Source: Candidatus Woesearchaeota archaeon (GTDB lineage: Archaea; Nanobdellota; Nanobdellia; Pacearchaeales; GW2011-AR1). From it: a stretch of DNA of 64,000 bases. The notes beneath the pieces are model-generated. The model saw nothing but the letters and a program-made list of their open reading frames with translations, made no database searches and was not told the origin of the DNA. Below are positions 54,736 to 64,000 of the stretch, one piece after another. Location: positions 89 to 64,088 of the forward strand of contig CAYXNX010000004.1 in NCBI GenBank assembly GCA_964467035.1, given 5' to 3'. A program made the position numbers and the translations under genes. How positions within the stretch are numbered: position 1 is the stretch's first letter; each line of letters begins with the position of its first letter.

Positions 54736-55518
54736 TTAATATTTTTTTGTTGCTAAGTCAAATAAACTTGTGAAAGTTTGAACAAAAAATGGAGATGAAA
54801 ACCAAATAGCAAGTTGTTCATTTTTATCTTCTGATTGGTTTAACATAAAAACGATTTCATTTTTGTCTGCAATATAAAAATGAGATTTTAAATCTACTTT
54901 TTTTGCTTTGATTCCTAATTTTTCATTTAATTCATTTATTTCTTCATCTGAACCATTGACTGCTATTAATTTTTTTACTCCTTTTTTATCTAATTCTTGG
55001 AAAAGAGGGGCAAATAATTTTTGCTTTTTATTTAACTCTTGAGCAGAAGTGCAGATTATTGCTTCTTTTTGAGCTAAACTTAAAGTGTCTGAAATTTGGG
55101 AGTTAATATTTAATTTTCCCTTAATTGTTCCAGAGATATCTTGTTTTTTAATTAAATCATTGTTTGATTTATGAAGTAATTCAAGTTCTTTGTATTCTTG
55201 TGTGTCTTTAATATTTGAAAGAGTTTTTACTTTTTCGTTCATTTGCTCCATTGCATTTTTCTTTAGTTTATCTACAACTTGGATAGGTTTAACTGCAAGA
55301 TATTTTACTGGCTTGCCAATTTTTTGAACAGCAAAACCTTGTTTTTCTAAAGATTCTAAAACATCATAAGTTCTTGATCTTGGAACTCCTGAAATTTCTG
55401 CTATTTCGCCTGCTGAAGCCATTCCTTTTTGAAGTAGGGCTACCCAAACTTTTGTTTCGTAAATATTTAAATTAAAATAATTCTTTACCTTATCTATTGT
55501 ATCTTGTTTAATATTCAT
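54736..55518 (-). CDS. TrmB-family transcriptional regulator
   Basis: wHTH YETKVWVALLQKGMASAGEIAEISGVPRSRTYDVLESLEKQGF. Start placed at MNIKQDT. Confidence 0.8.
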   Translation of the reverse strand: MNIKQDTIDKVKNYFNLNIYETKVWVALLQKGMASAGEIAEISGVPRSRTYDVLESLEKQGFAVQKIGKPVKYLAVKPIQVVDKLKKNAMEQMNEKVKTLSNIKDTQEYKELELLHKSNNDLIKKQDISGTIKGKLNINSQISDTLSLAQKEAIICTSAQELNKKQKLFAPLFQELDKKGVKKLIAVNGSDEEINELNEKLGIKAKKVDLKSHFYIADKNEIVFMLNQSEDKNEQLAIWFSSPFFVQTFTSLFDLATKKY

Positions 55519-55909
55519 TTTTATCCTTAACCTCTGGTAGAGCATCAAAATCTGAAGAATCAAATTGACTGAAATGAGAATCAAGAACATTGTATTTTCC
55601 AGATAATGTATTTAGAATTTCTGTAGGATTTCTTGCTTTTGGACCATAAATTTTTATCTCTGAATTTTCAAAATCGATAGCAAAGATATTTCCATCAGAA
55701 TCTTCGTTACTAAAGTAAAATTCTCTTGTAGATTGATATCCTCCGGGTAGAGAAACTTTTGAAGTAGCTCTTTGTAATCTTTTAGCTGTTTGTTCATTAA
55801 ATCCTAAGGAGTTAGTTATATCATAAAATTCCTCATTAGTTAAACTCCGAGGTTTTCCAAATGTTACTGGTTTTCCCAATTTGATTGTATATGATTGATT
55901 TTGTGTCAT
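55508..55909 (-). CDS. hypothetical protein
   Basis: 133-aa ORF overlapping the start of the TrmB gene. Confidence 0.4.
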   Translation of the reverse strand: MTQNQSYTIKLGKPVTFGKPRSLTNEEFYDITNSLGFNEQTAKRLQRATSKVSLPGGYQSTREFYFSNEDSDGNIFAIDFENSEIKIYGPKARNPTEILNTLSGKYNVLDSHFSQFDSSDFDALPEVKDKNEY

Positions 55910-56189
55910 TACTTCAAAATGAATTAAGCATTTATAAATGTTGCGGTTGTGTTATTCTTTAATAGTAGGCACAAAGATAAGAAAGAATAATCTCGCGAAG
56001 TTAGTTTAATTAAAATTCTTTTTTTCAATTCGGAAATTCATTGTTTTTATTTTAACTAATTTCTCAAAATTTCTTACTTAATGATATAGATGATGTTTTC
56101 CTTTCTAGGAAGAAGAAAGCGTGCGTCTCTCTAACCCATCTCCCCCAAAAAAATATTATTTCAAAATACTAAAACAGCATTCTCAAAAA

Positions 56190-56229
56190 CTTTGATTTTT
56201 TGCCTTCGGCATCGTTGCACTAAAAATCA
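56190..56229 (-). repeat. solitary inverse copy of the RM-2 hairpin (40 nt identical to the reverse complement of 30621-30660)
   Basis: ctttgattttttgccttcggcatcgttgcactaaaaatca, read directly. Confidence 0.85.
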
Positions 56230-56374
56230 GCCAATATCGAAGCAATTATTATTAATTAAAAACTCAAAACATTTTTAATTTTTCTATTAAGATTTTTTCT
56301 GATTTTACTCAAAAATTCTAAAACAAATAAGCTTATAAATAATAAAAAACATTTTATTTAATAAAAGAGGAAAA

Positions 56375-56662
56375 ATGGAAAAAAAGAATAAGGGGTATGA
56401 GAATATTAATTTAAAAAATAAATTAATTAGTCATAAAAAATTAGCACAAGAAAGAACAAACTTAGCTAATGAAAGAAACACTCTTGCTTATATACGAACT
56501 GGTTTTTCTTCTTTTGTTTTGGGAATTGCTTTAATAAAATTATTTGAAGAACACATCAGATATGTTTACGCAGGTTATAGTGCATTAAGTATTGGGATAA
56601 TTTTAATAATATTTGGGATAATTTATTATCCATTAAGAAAAAGGAAAATTTTATCTTATTAA
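56375..56662 (+). CDS. DUF202/YidH-like membrane protein
   Basis: LAQERTNLANERNTLAYIRTG motif followed by two helices. Confidence 0.65.
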   Translation: MEKKNKGYENINLKNKLISHKKLAQERTNLANERNTLAYIRTGFSSFVLGIALIKLFEEHIRYVYAGYSALSIGIILIIFGIIYYPLRKRKILSY

Positions 56663-56711
56663 TTAAAGACCAAAAAATTTAAAAAAGTGTGTTTTTTGGT
56701 TTTAGAATAAA

Positions 56712-57467
56712 ATGGAAAAATCAGAGGATAAACAAAAAGAATTGGATAAAAACAACCAGAGTTTTTGGAAGTATGGGGTTATTTTGGTTTTAGCTGTTTT
56801 GATCGTTGGAAGTTTTATAATTTTTTCTGATAAAGATAATAATTCTAGTTTAACAGGAAATACTGTTGCAACAATAAATGGAGAAGAAATAACTTCTGGA
56901 GAAGTTGAAAATATTCAACAGATAATTGGACAACAAGGTCAACAAATCTCTGAGGAAGATGCTTTAGAGCAAATCATAAATCAAAAGTTGATTTCGCAAG
57001 AAGTAGAAAAAGGAGATTATTCTATTTCAAATGAGGAAGTAGAATCAATAATTGAACAGCAAATTTCAATGCAAAACATGTCTTTAGAAGATTTTAAAGA
57101 ACAACTTTCTCAACAAGGAATTTCTTATGAAGAACAAAAAGATTCTATTAAAGAAGAATTAGCAATTCAAAAATATTTAGAAACCCAACTTGAAGAAGAA
57201 TCTTTTGAAGTTAGCGAAGAAGAAGCTCAAGAATTTTATGAAATGAATAAAGAACAATCTCCTGAAGAAATTCCTCCCTATGAAGAATCAAAATCTCAAA
57301 TAATTTCATTATTAGAGCAACAAAAACAACAAGAATTAATTAGTTCTTTAATTCAAGAACTTCGGGCAAATGCTGAAATAGAGTATTTGCAAGAGTTAGA
57401 ATCTGAAGCAACACAAATAGAGGGAATGCCTACGGGTGAAGAAATTCCTGTTGAAATTGAGGAATAA
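56712..57467 (+). CDS. membrane-anchored SurA-N-like chaperone-domain protein
   Basis: N-terminal TM helix, VATINGEEITSGEV... and Q/E-rich helical repeats. No obvious PPIase domain. Confidence 0.4.
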   Translation: MEKSEDKQKELDKNNQSFWKYGVILVLAVLIVGSFIIFSDKDNNSSLTGNTVATINGEEITSGEVENIQQIIGQQGQQISEEDALEQIINQKLISQEVEKGDYSISNEEVESIIEQQISMQNMSLEDFKEQLSQQGISYEEQKDSIKEELAIQKYLETQLEEESFEVSEEEAQEFYEMNKEQSPEEIPPYEESKSQIISLLEQQKQQELISSLIQELRANAEIEYLQELESEATQIEGMPTGEEIPVEIEE

Positions 57468-57692
57468 AAAATCCAATATAAAGCGCATAATTTTATTTGA
57501 AGTTAGTTTTCTTTTTATGAATTTGTAATATTTTAGTGTATGGCTGAAAGACAAAATAATGTAAGCAGACAATGACGCAAGGTAGCACACTATCTTTAAA
57601 CATTGTGAAAAACAAATTAGAAACTAGGAGTTATTTATTAAATAAATACAGAAGTATTTCTTTTTTAGGTTATAATTATATTAAAAATATTG

Positions 57693-58658
57693 TTAAACAT
57701 AAAGATGCAAAAGATAACCAGCTAAAATTCCAATAAATAATCCTGATGAAATGAAAGGCATTGCAGGGTAAAATTTTCCTTTTTTTGACATCATAAATAG
57801 CCCAAAAAGAGCAAGAGTTCCTCCAACAATAACAGCGATAGAAGGAATTAATCCCCAAAGTCTAAAAATAATTCCTGCAGTAATTATTGGAAAAACAACA
57901 TCTCCTCCTCCGAGAATCGCCATATTAACCCTCATTGAAACTTTTTTATCAGATTTTTCTTTAGATTCTTTAGATTTTTCACGAAGTTTTTTTAATTTAT
58001 TTTTTTGATATTTTGAAAGATAAGGCACTAAAAATCCCCCAAAAACTTTCATCTCTTTCATTTGAAATTTAGCCATCTTTTGCATAATTCCAGAGTGCCA
58101 AACAGCCCACATGTCATAAATTGAGATTAGTATTAGTAAAATGATTATAGAAATCAATCCTAAAAGAGGAATAAAAACTGCTGCAATTCCAGGGTAAATT
58201 AAAAGTTCTGTAAAGTTGTGAGCGATTATACTTCCTTTAAAAATTTTCAAATATGCTAAAGGAAGAGCTATTAAAACAGGGATGATTAAGGCAAGATTAT
58301 AAGGAATTTCCCAAGGAATCAAAATTTCAAATGCATAAAAACTCACTGACAAAACCAAAATTACAACTAAAAAAAACCAGATTTTTAGAAAATTAACTGA
58401 TTGGAATTTCATTAAAAGAAAAATTACTGCTATTGCAATTATAAAAGAAATAAGTATTGAAAATAAAGAAACATTTTGGTCTGATTCAGAGGTTTCAAGA
58501 CCATAAGGCAGAGGGTTAGTCGTGATGTTTTGAACAGTTCCATTAACCTCAATTTGTTGGATATTTGGGGTATAAGCATGAACAACTAGAAGACCTATAA
58601 ACTGGGTTAATAAAAACATAGATATTAAAATTGCTGTAATTTTTAGATTATGTTTCAC
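57693..58658 (-). CDS. presenilin / signal-peptide-peptidase homologue (GxGD aspartyl protease)
   Basis: Polytopic membrane protein with a YD motif (ISIYDMW), a GxGD motif (LGGGDVVFP) and a PAL-like PAMP motif. Confidence 0.75.
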   Translation of the reverse strand: MKHNLKITAILISMFLLTQFIGLLVVHAYTPNIQQIEVNGTVQNITTNPLPYGLETSESDQNVSLFSILISFIIAIAVIFLLMKFQSVNFLKIWFFLVVILVLSVSFYAFEILIPWEIPYNLALIIPVLIALPLAYLKIFKGSIIAHNFTELLIYPGIAAVFIPLLGLISIIILLILISIYDMWAVWHSGIMQKMAKFQMKEMKVFGGFLVPYLSKYQKNKLKKLREKSKESKEKSDKKVSMRVNMAILGGGDVVFPIITAGIIFRLWGLIPSIAVIVGGTLALFGLFMMSKKGKFYPAMPFISSGLFIGILAGYLLHLYV

Positions 58659-58708
58659 TTTCTAAGACCTCTCTTTAATATGATGGGAAAATTAGTTTTT
58701 AAAATATT

Positions 58709-60586
58709 TTATTTCAACCTCAATGTTTCTAAATTCCTTGGAACATTTGTTTCAATATGTTGGTTTTTGTAAATTGTGCTAGCTAAGTCCAAAGATTTTG
58801 AAACTTCTCCGTGATTGATAACAACTCTTTTTGGTTTTGGTTTTGAATTTTTTATAAAGTTTAATAGTTCGTTCCTTCCTGCATGGGCTGAAAAACCATC
58901 TATTTTACTTACTTCTAAATTTATTTCTATTGTTTCTCCTGCTTCTGTTTGATAATGTTTAGCTCCCTCTGAAACCTCTCTTCCCAAAGAACCCACTCCT
59001 TGATAACAGACAAAAATTACTGAATTATCTTTATAAGGGGCAAAATATTTGAAATATTCTGTTGATGCTCCACCTACCAACATTCCAGAAGTTGCAAGAA
59101 CTACGCAAGGTCCTCCGTCGATAACTTCTTTTCTTTCAAGAGTTGAGCCAACTCTTTTAAAAGTATCTGAAACAAAAGGATTATTGTCTTGAAAAATTTG
59201 AGCTCGAACAGAGTGTGAAAGAAAATCTGGATAAGCTGTATGGATTGCGTTGATATCCCAAATCATCCCATCTATGTAAACAGGGATTTTTGGCAATTTT
59301 CCTGATTTTATTGCATCATCTATTATTAACATTGTTTCTTGAGCTCGCCCCAAACCCAATTCTGGAATGAGAACCTTCCCCCCCCTATCAATTGTCTTTT
59401 TTATTTTTTCAAGCAAATCATTTTCTGATTCAATTCTTGGAGGCAAGACATCATTTTTGCTTCCATAAGTTGATTCCACAATAGTTGTTTCAATACGTGG
59501 AAAACTTGTAACTGCTTGATTAAGTAAACGAGTTTTTGTATATTTAATATCTCCAGAATAAAGAAGATTATGTGCCCCATTACCAATGTTTATATGAGCC
59601 ATTGCTGAACCAAGAGCATGTCCAGAATTATAAAGAGTTAATCTTATATCAGGAGTTATATCTGTTACTTCATTAAAATTTAGGGAGATACTATGTTTAA
59701 CCATTTCCTTTACATCTGTTGAGCTAAAAAGTGGGGAGGATGCTTGTTTATATGCAACACCAATAAAATCCAAAGCTAAAAGAGAGGCAATATCTCTTGT
59801 TGGCGAAGTCATATAAACTGGGCCCTTGTAACCCATTTTATAAAGATAAGGAACTAAGGCACAATGATCTAGGTGGGCGTGAGAAAGAATTATTGCGTCA
59901 ATAGTTGACAAGTCAAATTCTGGAATGTTGAAATAAGGAAATTTATCATCTCCTTGAGAAGCAACATCTACCCCACAATCAAGCAGTATTTTGGATTGAG
60001 GTGTTTGAAGCAAAAAGGCACTTCGACCAACTTGTCTACCTGAACCAAGAACAGTTAATCTTACCCAAATGTCTTGTTTTTCAGGAGACCAATCTTTGTA
60101 AATTTTCTTACCTACTTCGTTTAAAAATTTTCTTCTGTAATTATTATTTGCATAAAGAACACTCCTTATATTATCAGTTATTTTGCTTTCTAGGGAAGCA
60201 CTTCTTTGAACTTGGGGTGTCCAAAAAACCTTGCTTTTTATTTCTTTTAACAAAGAACCTTGTTTCCCAATTACTAGTCCTGGTTTTTTGGCTTCAATTA
60301 CTACAATACTTCTTTGAACATCAAAAAGAATATTTTGCACATCTGCTTCAGCTGGAACAATTTCCTTTATAATTTTGCGAACCTTATCTTCAGATTCTAG
60401 TATTTTTTTATCTGCCCTGAGTTCAATACGTTTTTTGAATTGATTCACAAGTTCTTTAATTTGAGATTCTCCTGAAAGAAAAAACTCAGGACTATCAGTG
60501 TAGAGAACTATATTTGCTCCTTCAAAATACGATTCACTTACAACCTTTGGTAAGGCGTCAGTCACTTGTTTTAGAATGTCTGCCAT
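58709..60586 (-). CDS. fttA: aCPSF1/FttA beta-CASP ribonuclease (KH + metallo-beta-lactamase + beta-CASP)
   Basis: 625 aa. N-terminal KH-like domains, HAHLDHCALVPYL, and beta-CASP motifs downstream. Confidence 0.85.
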   Translation of the reverse strand: MADILKQVTDALPKVVSESYFEGANIVLYTDSPEFFLSGESQIKELVNQFKKRIELRADKKILESEDKVRKIIKEIVPAEADVQNILFDVQRSIVVIEAKKPGLVIGKQGSLLKEIKSKVFWTPQVQRSASLESKITDNIRSVLYANNNYRRKFLNEVGKKIYKDWSPEKQDIWVRLTVLGSGRQVGRSAFLLQTPQSKILLDCGVDVASQGDDKFPYFNIPEFDLSTIDAIILSHAHLDHCALVPYLYKMGYKGPVYMTSPTRDIASLLALDFIGVAYKQASSPLFSSTDVKEMVKHSISLNFNEVTDITPDIRLTLYNSGHALGSAMAHINIGNGAHNLLYSGDIKYTKTRLLNQAVTSFPRIETTIVESTYGSKNDVLPPRIESENDLLEKIKKTIDRGGKVLIPELGLGRAQETMLIIDDAIKSGKLPKIPVYIDGMIWDINAIHTAYPDFLSHSVRAQIFQDNNPFVSDTFKRVGSTLERKEVIDGGPCVVLATSGMLVGGASTEYFKYFAPYKDNSVIFVCYQGVGSLGREVSEGAKHYQTEAGETIEINLEVSKIDGFSAHAGRNELLNFIKNSKPKPKRVVINHGEVSKSLDLASTIYKNQHIETNVPRNLETLRLK

Positions 60587-60595
60587 TTTCTTAAA

Positions 60596-61252
60596 TTATT
60601 TTAGAATAGACTCAATTTCTTGACTTACTTCTTTTTTAATTCCATCTTTTGTTAAAGTAAATACATCTATCCCGTATCCGCTTCCAACATCTCTTTGTGT
60701 GGATGCCTTTAAACAATCAATTGCTAATTGAACACCTTCTTTAACAGAAATGTCTTTTTTCCAACTTTTTTCCAATACTCCCAAAATATAAGGAACTCCA
60801 CTTGAAAAATTTGCATCATAATCTTTAACTTCTGATACAGCTCCTGCAGGCTCTATTGAAAATAGTTTTGCTGAACCATCTTCATCAACTCCTGCGATTA
60901 AAGTTCCTACGATAGAAGGAATCATTGTTGGTTGACGAATATTTCTGAAGGTAATTGAGGAAATTAAATTTGAAGATTCTTTAACTGTTGAAGGCCTATG
61001 TGCTTTTAATTCTTTGAGTTTAAGTTCTGCTGCTGCGATTTTTAACAAATATTGGGCATCTGAAACACCACCTGTGAAAGCAACTAACAGATTATCTCTT
61101 ACTGGGAATATTTTGTTGAATGCTTTTCCAACTACCAAATTTCCTGCTGTGACTTGACGGTCTGCAGCAAGAACTACCCCATCACTACAAACAATCCCAA
61201 CAAGACTTGTGCTGGATTTTAACATGGACTTATTTAAATCTTCGGAGTTCAT
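60596..61252 (-). CDS. psmB: proteasome subunit beta
   Basis: Propeptide then TSLVGIVCSDGVVLAADRQVT. Length is typical. Confidence 0.85.
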   Translation of the reverse strand: MNSEDLNKSMLKSSTSLVGIVCSDGVVLAADRQVTAGNLVVGKAFNKIFPVRDNLLVAFTGGVSDAQYLLKIAAAELKLKELKAHRPSTVKESSNLISSITFRNIRQPTMIPSIVGTLIAGVDEDGSAKLFSIEPAGAVSEVKDYDANFSSGVPYILGVLEKSWKKDISVKEGVQLAIDCLKASTQRDVGSGYGIDVFTLTKDGIKKEVSQEIESILK

Positions 61253-61395
61253 TTAACCTCTAAATTCTTTTAGAACTTATTTTAATAAATTTAGTATGTT
61301 GAGAGGTTTTATAAAGTTTTCGGGGTTATATTTTTAGTATTCTTAATCTAATTTTAAAGCAATAGATTTATAACTGATATAAAAATTGAAAAATT

Positions 61396-61965
61396 ATGGC
61401 AAGAAAAATTCCAGAAGAAGTTAAAGAGGAGATTGTTAGATTATATGATAATGGAAATGGGTTAAATCCTAGGCAGATCTCTGAAAGAATTGATGTTTCA
61501 TATTCTACTGTCTATAAATTAACAAGATTAAAAGAAAGAATGAACCCTTTTACTTTAAAGATTTTTGAATCAGATAAAGAATACAAAGAATTTTTTGCAC
61601 ATACAAATGGATTTAAAAGTTATAAAGAATATGAAAATTATAGGGCAAGGGCAAATGGATTTAGGTCACGCGCTTCATATAATCGGGCGATTGAAAAAGG
61701 TAGAAAACTTAAAATTAAAAATGAAAAAAGAAAGCAAGAAGAAGAAAAGAGGAAAATAATAAAACAGAATTTAGGGGATTTAATTTTGAAAAGATTGGAA
61801 GAATTTGGTAAGACTAAAACTTGGTTGGCTAAAGAAGTAGGGGTTACAAGGGAGGCAATTTCTAAATACTCTCGAGGAATTTACTTGCCAGGTGATGAGG
61901 ACATTTTACAAAATCTTTTTTCTGCTTTAGATGTTGATTATAAAAATTTAGATGATTTATTGTGA
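61396..61965 (+). CDS. DNA-binding protein with two HTH motifs
   Basis: N-terminal LNPRQISERIDVSYSTVYKL and C-terminal KTWLAKEVGVTREAISKYSRG, separated by a basic linker. Confidence 0.45.
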   Translation: MARKIPEEVKEEIVRLYDNGNGLNPRQISERIDVSYSTVYKLTRLKERMNPFTLKIFESDKEYKEFFAHTNGFKSYKEYENYRARANGFRSRASYNRAIEKGRKLKIKNEKRKQEEEKRKIIKQNLGDLILKRLEEFGKTKTWLAKEVGVTREAISKYSRGIYLPGDEDILQNLFSALDVDYKNLDDLL

Positions 61966-62006
61966 ATAATAAAAATGTTTAAATAATATATTTGATTTAA
62001 AAAGAG

Positions 62007-62270
62007 ATGAAAGATTATATGATTAAAAGAAGTATTTATTATGTTTTTTTTAACGAAAATGATGTTACAATACAATCTCTGGGGGAAAAAGATGTTTGGG
62101 GATTGGGGAACATAATGTCAAGAAGAATAGTTGAAAAGGGATTTAATGCAGAAGAGTTTTTTCCAGAATTTAAGGAGCGTATAGAAGAAATTAGAAAAAT
62201 ACAGGAAGAACCGAATTATAGAATAATTGGAATGGATTCAATAACCTGCAATTCTCACTATACTTTATAA
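62007..62270 (+). CDS. hypothetical protein
   Basis: 87-aa ORF. Confidence 0.35.
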   Translation: MKDYMIKRSIYYVFFNENDVTIQSLGEKDVWGLGNIMSRRIVEKGFNAEEFFPEFKERIEEIRKIQEEPNYRIIGMDSITCNSHYTL

Positions 62271-62274
62271 ATTA

Positions 62275-64000
62275 TTAAACAATTTTTGAAACATTATTTT
62301 GTTTTTCCAATTTTATTACATTTTCTACAAAAGTTTCGATTTTTGGGTCGTGAGAAACTATTATTAATTGTTCAACCTCTAACTGAGATAAAACGTCGCG
62401 CATTTTGTCTAGTTGTTTTTGGGAAAAACCATCAGTGGGTTCATCTAAGATTACAACTCCTTTTGTTTTTATTTCACTTAAAACTGAGTTAATTGTTTGA
62501 TTCAAAGCTAATCGATAAGCTAAAGCTACTGCTGTTTTTTCTCCTCCTGAAAGAAAAGAGTAATCAAGTTGATAATCCTTTTGTTCAATTATCGGGGTAA
62601 ATTCTTCATCTAATCGAACATTAAAAGTATCTGGAACTAAGGTTGAAAACCATTGATTAAAAAGTCTTGAGAATTCATGGCGAAGTTTAGACAAAACATT
62701 TTTTTCAATAAGGGTAATTGAAGGAAGAAACATCGAACTTATCCAATTATTCAATTCTGTTAAGTAATGTACTTGTTTTTTAATTTGTTCTTTTTGTTTA
62801 ATTTTTTCATTCAAGGAATTTATTTCCTTTTTTGTCATATCTGATTCTTTTTCTGTTTGAGCTTTTTTTATTTCCAAATCCTTATTTTGAGATTTTAGTT
62901 CAGAAAGTTCTTTTTCTTTTATAGAATAAGTGTTTTCATATTTTTTCAAAGAAAAAAGAGATTGTTTAATCCTTTTTATTTGTTCATCCAATAAATAAGA
63001 ATCATTTTCTAAAGAAATTTTTTCTTTTTCTAAATTCGAGGTTTTCTCAGATTCTGATTTCAAAGAATCTATTTTAAATTTAAGAGAATCAAAAAATTTT
63101 GTCCTATCTGTCAATATTTTTATTTGCTCTTCTAAATAATTTAATTTATTTTGTAAAGAGGATTTTTCTGATAAATGGCTATTTTTTTCAAAAGTTAACT
63201 TTGCTATTTCTTTTTCTGTTTGATCAAATAAATTGTTTTTATGAAAAGAACTTACTTGTTGAAGACAAGTAGGGCATTTTTTTAAATTAGAAATTTTACC
63301 TACTAAAGAGTTTAGTTCAACAATTCTTTTAGTTAACGAATCAATCTTCAAAGATAGTTCTATTACTTTATTGTTTTTTTGGTTTTTGTCTACTAAAAAA
63401 TTCTCTAAATCAGAATTTATTTTATCAAACTCTTTTTGGTCAAAATTATTTTTAGTTTCTTCAATATTTTTGTTTATTTCATTTATTTGTTTAGTTATTT
63501 CTTGTATTCTTTGTCTTTTTGTAGATAATAAAATATTTATCTTTTCAATCTCATTTTCCAATTTGTTTTTTTCATCAATTTTTGATTTTATTTCAGAAAG
63601 TTCTTTGTCTTTTTTTAAAATTTGAGAATTTGAATTTGAAAGATTTGAATTTAATTCCCTGATTTTTATTTTTAATTCTTTTATATAACTTTGTTTTTCA
63701 GAAATATTTTCTTTCAAATAATCTAAATCTAAAATTTCTCCTTGTTTTAATTTTGAAATTTCTTTAATTTTAGAGATTAAAATTTGGGAGTTTTCTTTTA
63801 TTCTTTTATATTTGTCAATTCCAAAAACATGACGCAATGTGTTGAGTCTTGTTTCAGAGTTTTCCAAAATAATCTGTTTCATTTCTTCTTGAGGAGTGTA
63901 AACTGTGAATTTGTATAAAAGGTTTATTTTTTTGGAAAATTCCTTAGGATAATTTATTAAATTTAAAATTTTATTTTTTATTTCAGTTACAGATTTTTCT
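62275..64000 (-). CDS. rad50: Rad50-type SMC ATPase (N-terminus runs off the window)
   Basis: Long coiled coil with a CPTC zinc hook, signature LSGGEKTAVALAYRLAL, Walker B VVILDEPT and SHD. The frame stays open from 63883 to 64000. Confidence 0.8.
   Translation of the reverse strand, partial: EKSVTEIKNKILNLINYPKEFSKKINLLYKFTVYTPQEEMKQIILENSETRLNTLRHVFGIDKYKRIKENSQILISKIKEISKLKQGEILDLDYLKENISEKQSYIKELKIKIRELNSNLSNSNSQILKKDKELSEIKSKIDEKNKLENEIEKINILLSTKRQRIQEITKQINEINKNIEETKNNFDQKEFDKINSDLENFLVDKNQKNNKVIELSLKIDSLTKRIVELNSLVGKISNLKKCPTCLQQVSSFHKNNLFDQTEKEIAKLTFEKNSHLSEKSSLQNKLNYLEEQIKILTDRTKFFDSLKFKIDSLKSESEKTSNLEKEKISLENDSYLLDEQIKRIKQSLFSLKKYENTYSIKEKELSELKSQNKDLEIKKAQTEKESDMTKKEINSLNEKIKQKEQIKKQVHYLTELNNWISSMFLPSITLIEKNVLSKLRHEFSRLFNQWFSTLVPDTFNVRLDEEFTPIIEQKDYQLDYSFLSGGEKTAVALAYRLALNQTINSVLSEIKTKGVVILDEPTDGFSQKQLDKMRDVLSQLEVEQLIIVSHDPKIETFVENVIKLEKQNNVSKIV

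Overview
This is an AT-rich, gene-dense archaeal window. The archaeal assignment rests on aCPSF1/FttA, proteasome beta, diphthine synthase, a class-I CCA-adding enzyme, DtdA, three TrmB-like regulators, Rad50 and TATA boxes about 30 nt upstream of start codons. By inference it looks like a small-genome DPANN-type lineage. Housekeeping genes (ileS, argS, tRNA-Leu(UAA), a probable SRP RNA, cca, psmB, rad50) are interleaved with two accessory themes. (1) About a third of the window encodes secreted or surface proteins. A LamG protein, a giant protein of more than 4,870 codons and a 1,421-aa protein lie in one co-oriented block (8.1-29.0 kb). The giant gene's signal peptide sits in a different frame, separated from the body by an A9 tract. 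(2) A roughly 7.8-kb island (29.4-37.2 kb), plus a smaller cluster at 6.0-8.0 kb, consists of 1-2-gene cassettes. Cargo includes an MNT-HEPN pair, a methyltransferase, nucleotidyltransferases and small membrane proteins. Each cassette is bracketed by its own perfect 9-14 bp inverted repeat. Cassettes are separated by G+C-rich, hairpin-rich modular elements built around a conserved TTAA-N3-4-CTGTTA core. Sequence to the left and right of that core assorts independently between copies, which is the footprint expected of site-specific recombination at a fixed crossover. The island is bounded by a solo IS200-type Y1 transposase on one side. On the other side is a Xer-like tyrosine recombinase interrupted by one in-frame TAG. 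The layout is integron-like or dif-module-like in logic, but it does not match canonical attC/IntI features, and it is my top candidate for an undescribed system. A second oddity: the 3' end of the putative SRP RNA plus its terminator is tandemly repeated (71-bp period, 3 full units plus a partial fourth). All calls come from reading the sequence and ORF translations only; no database search was run.
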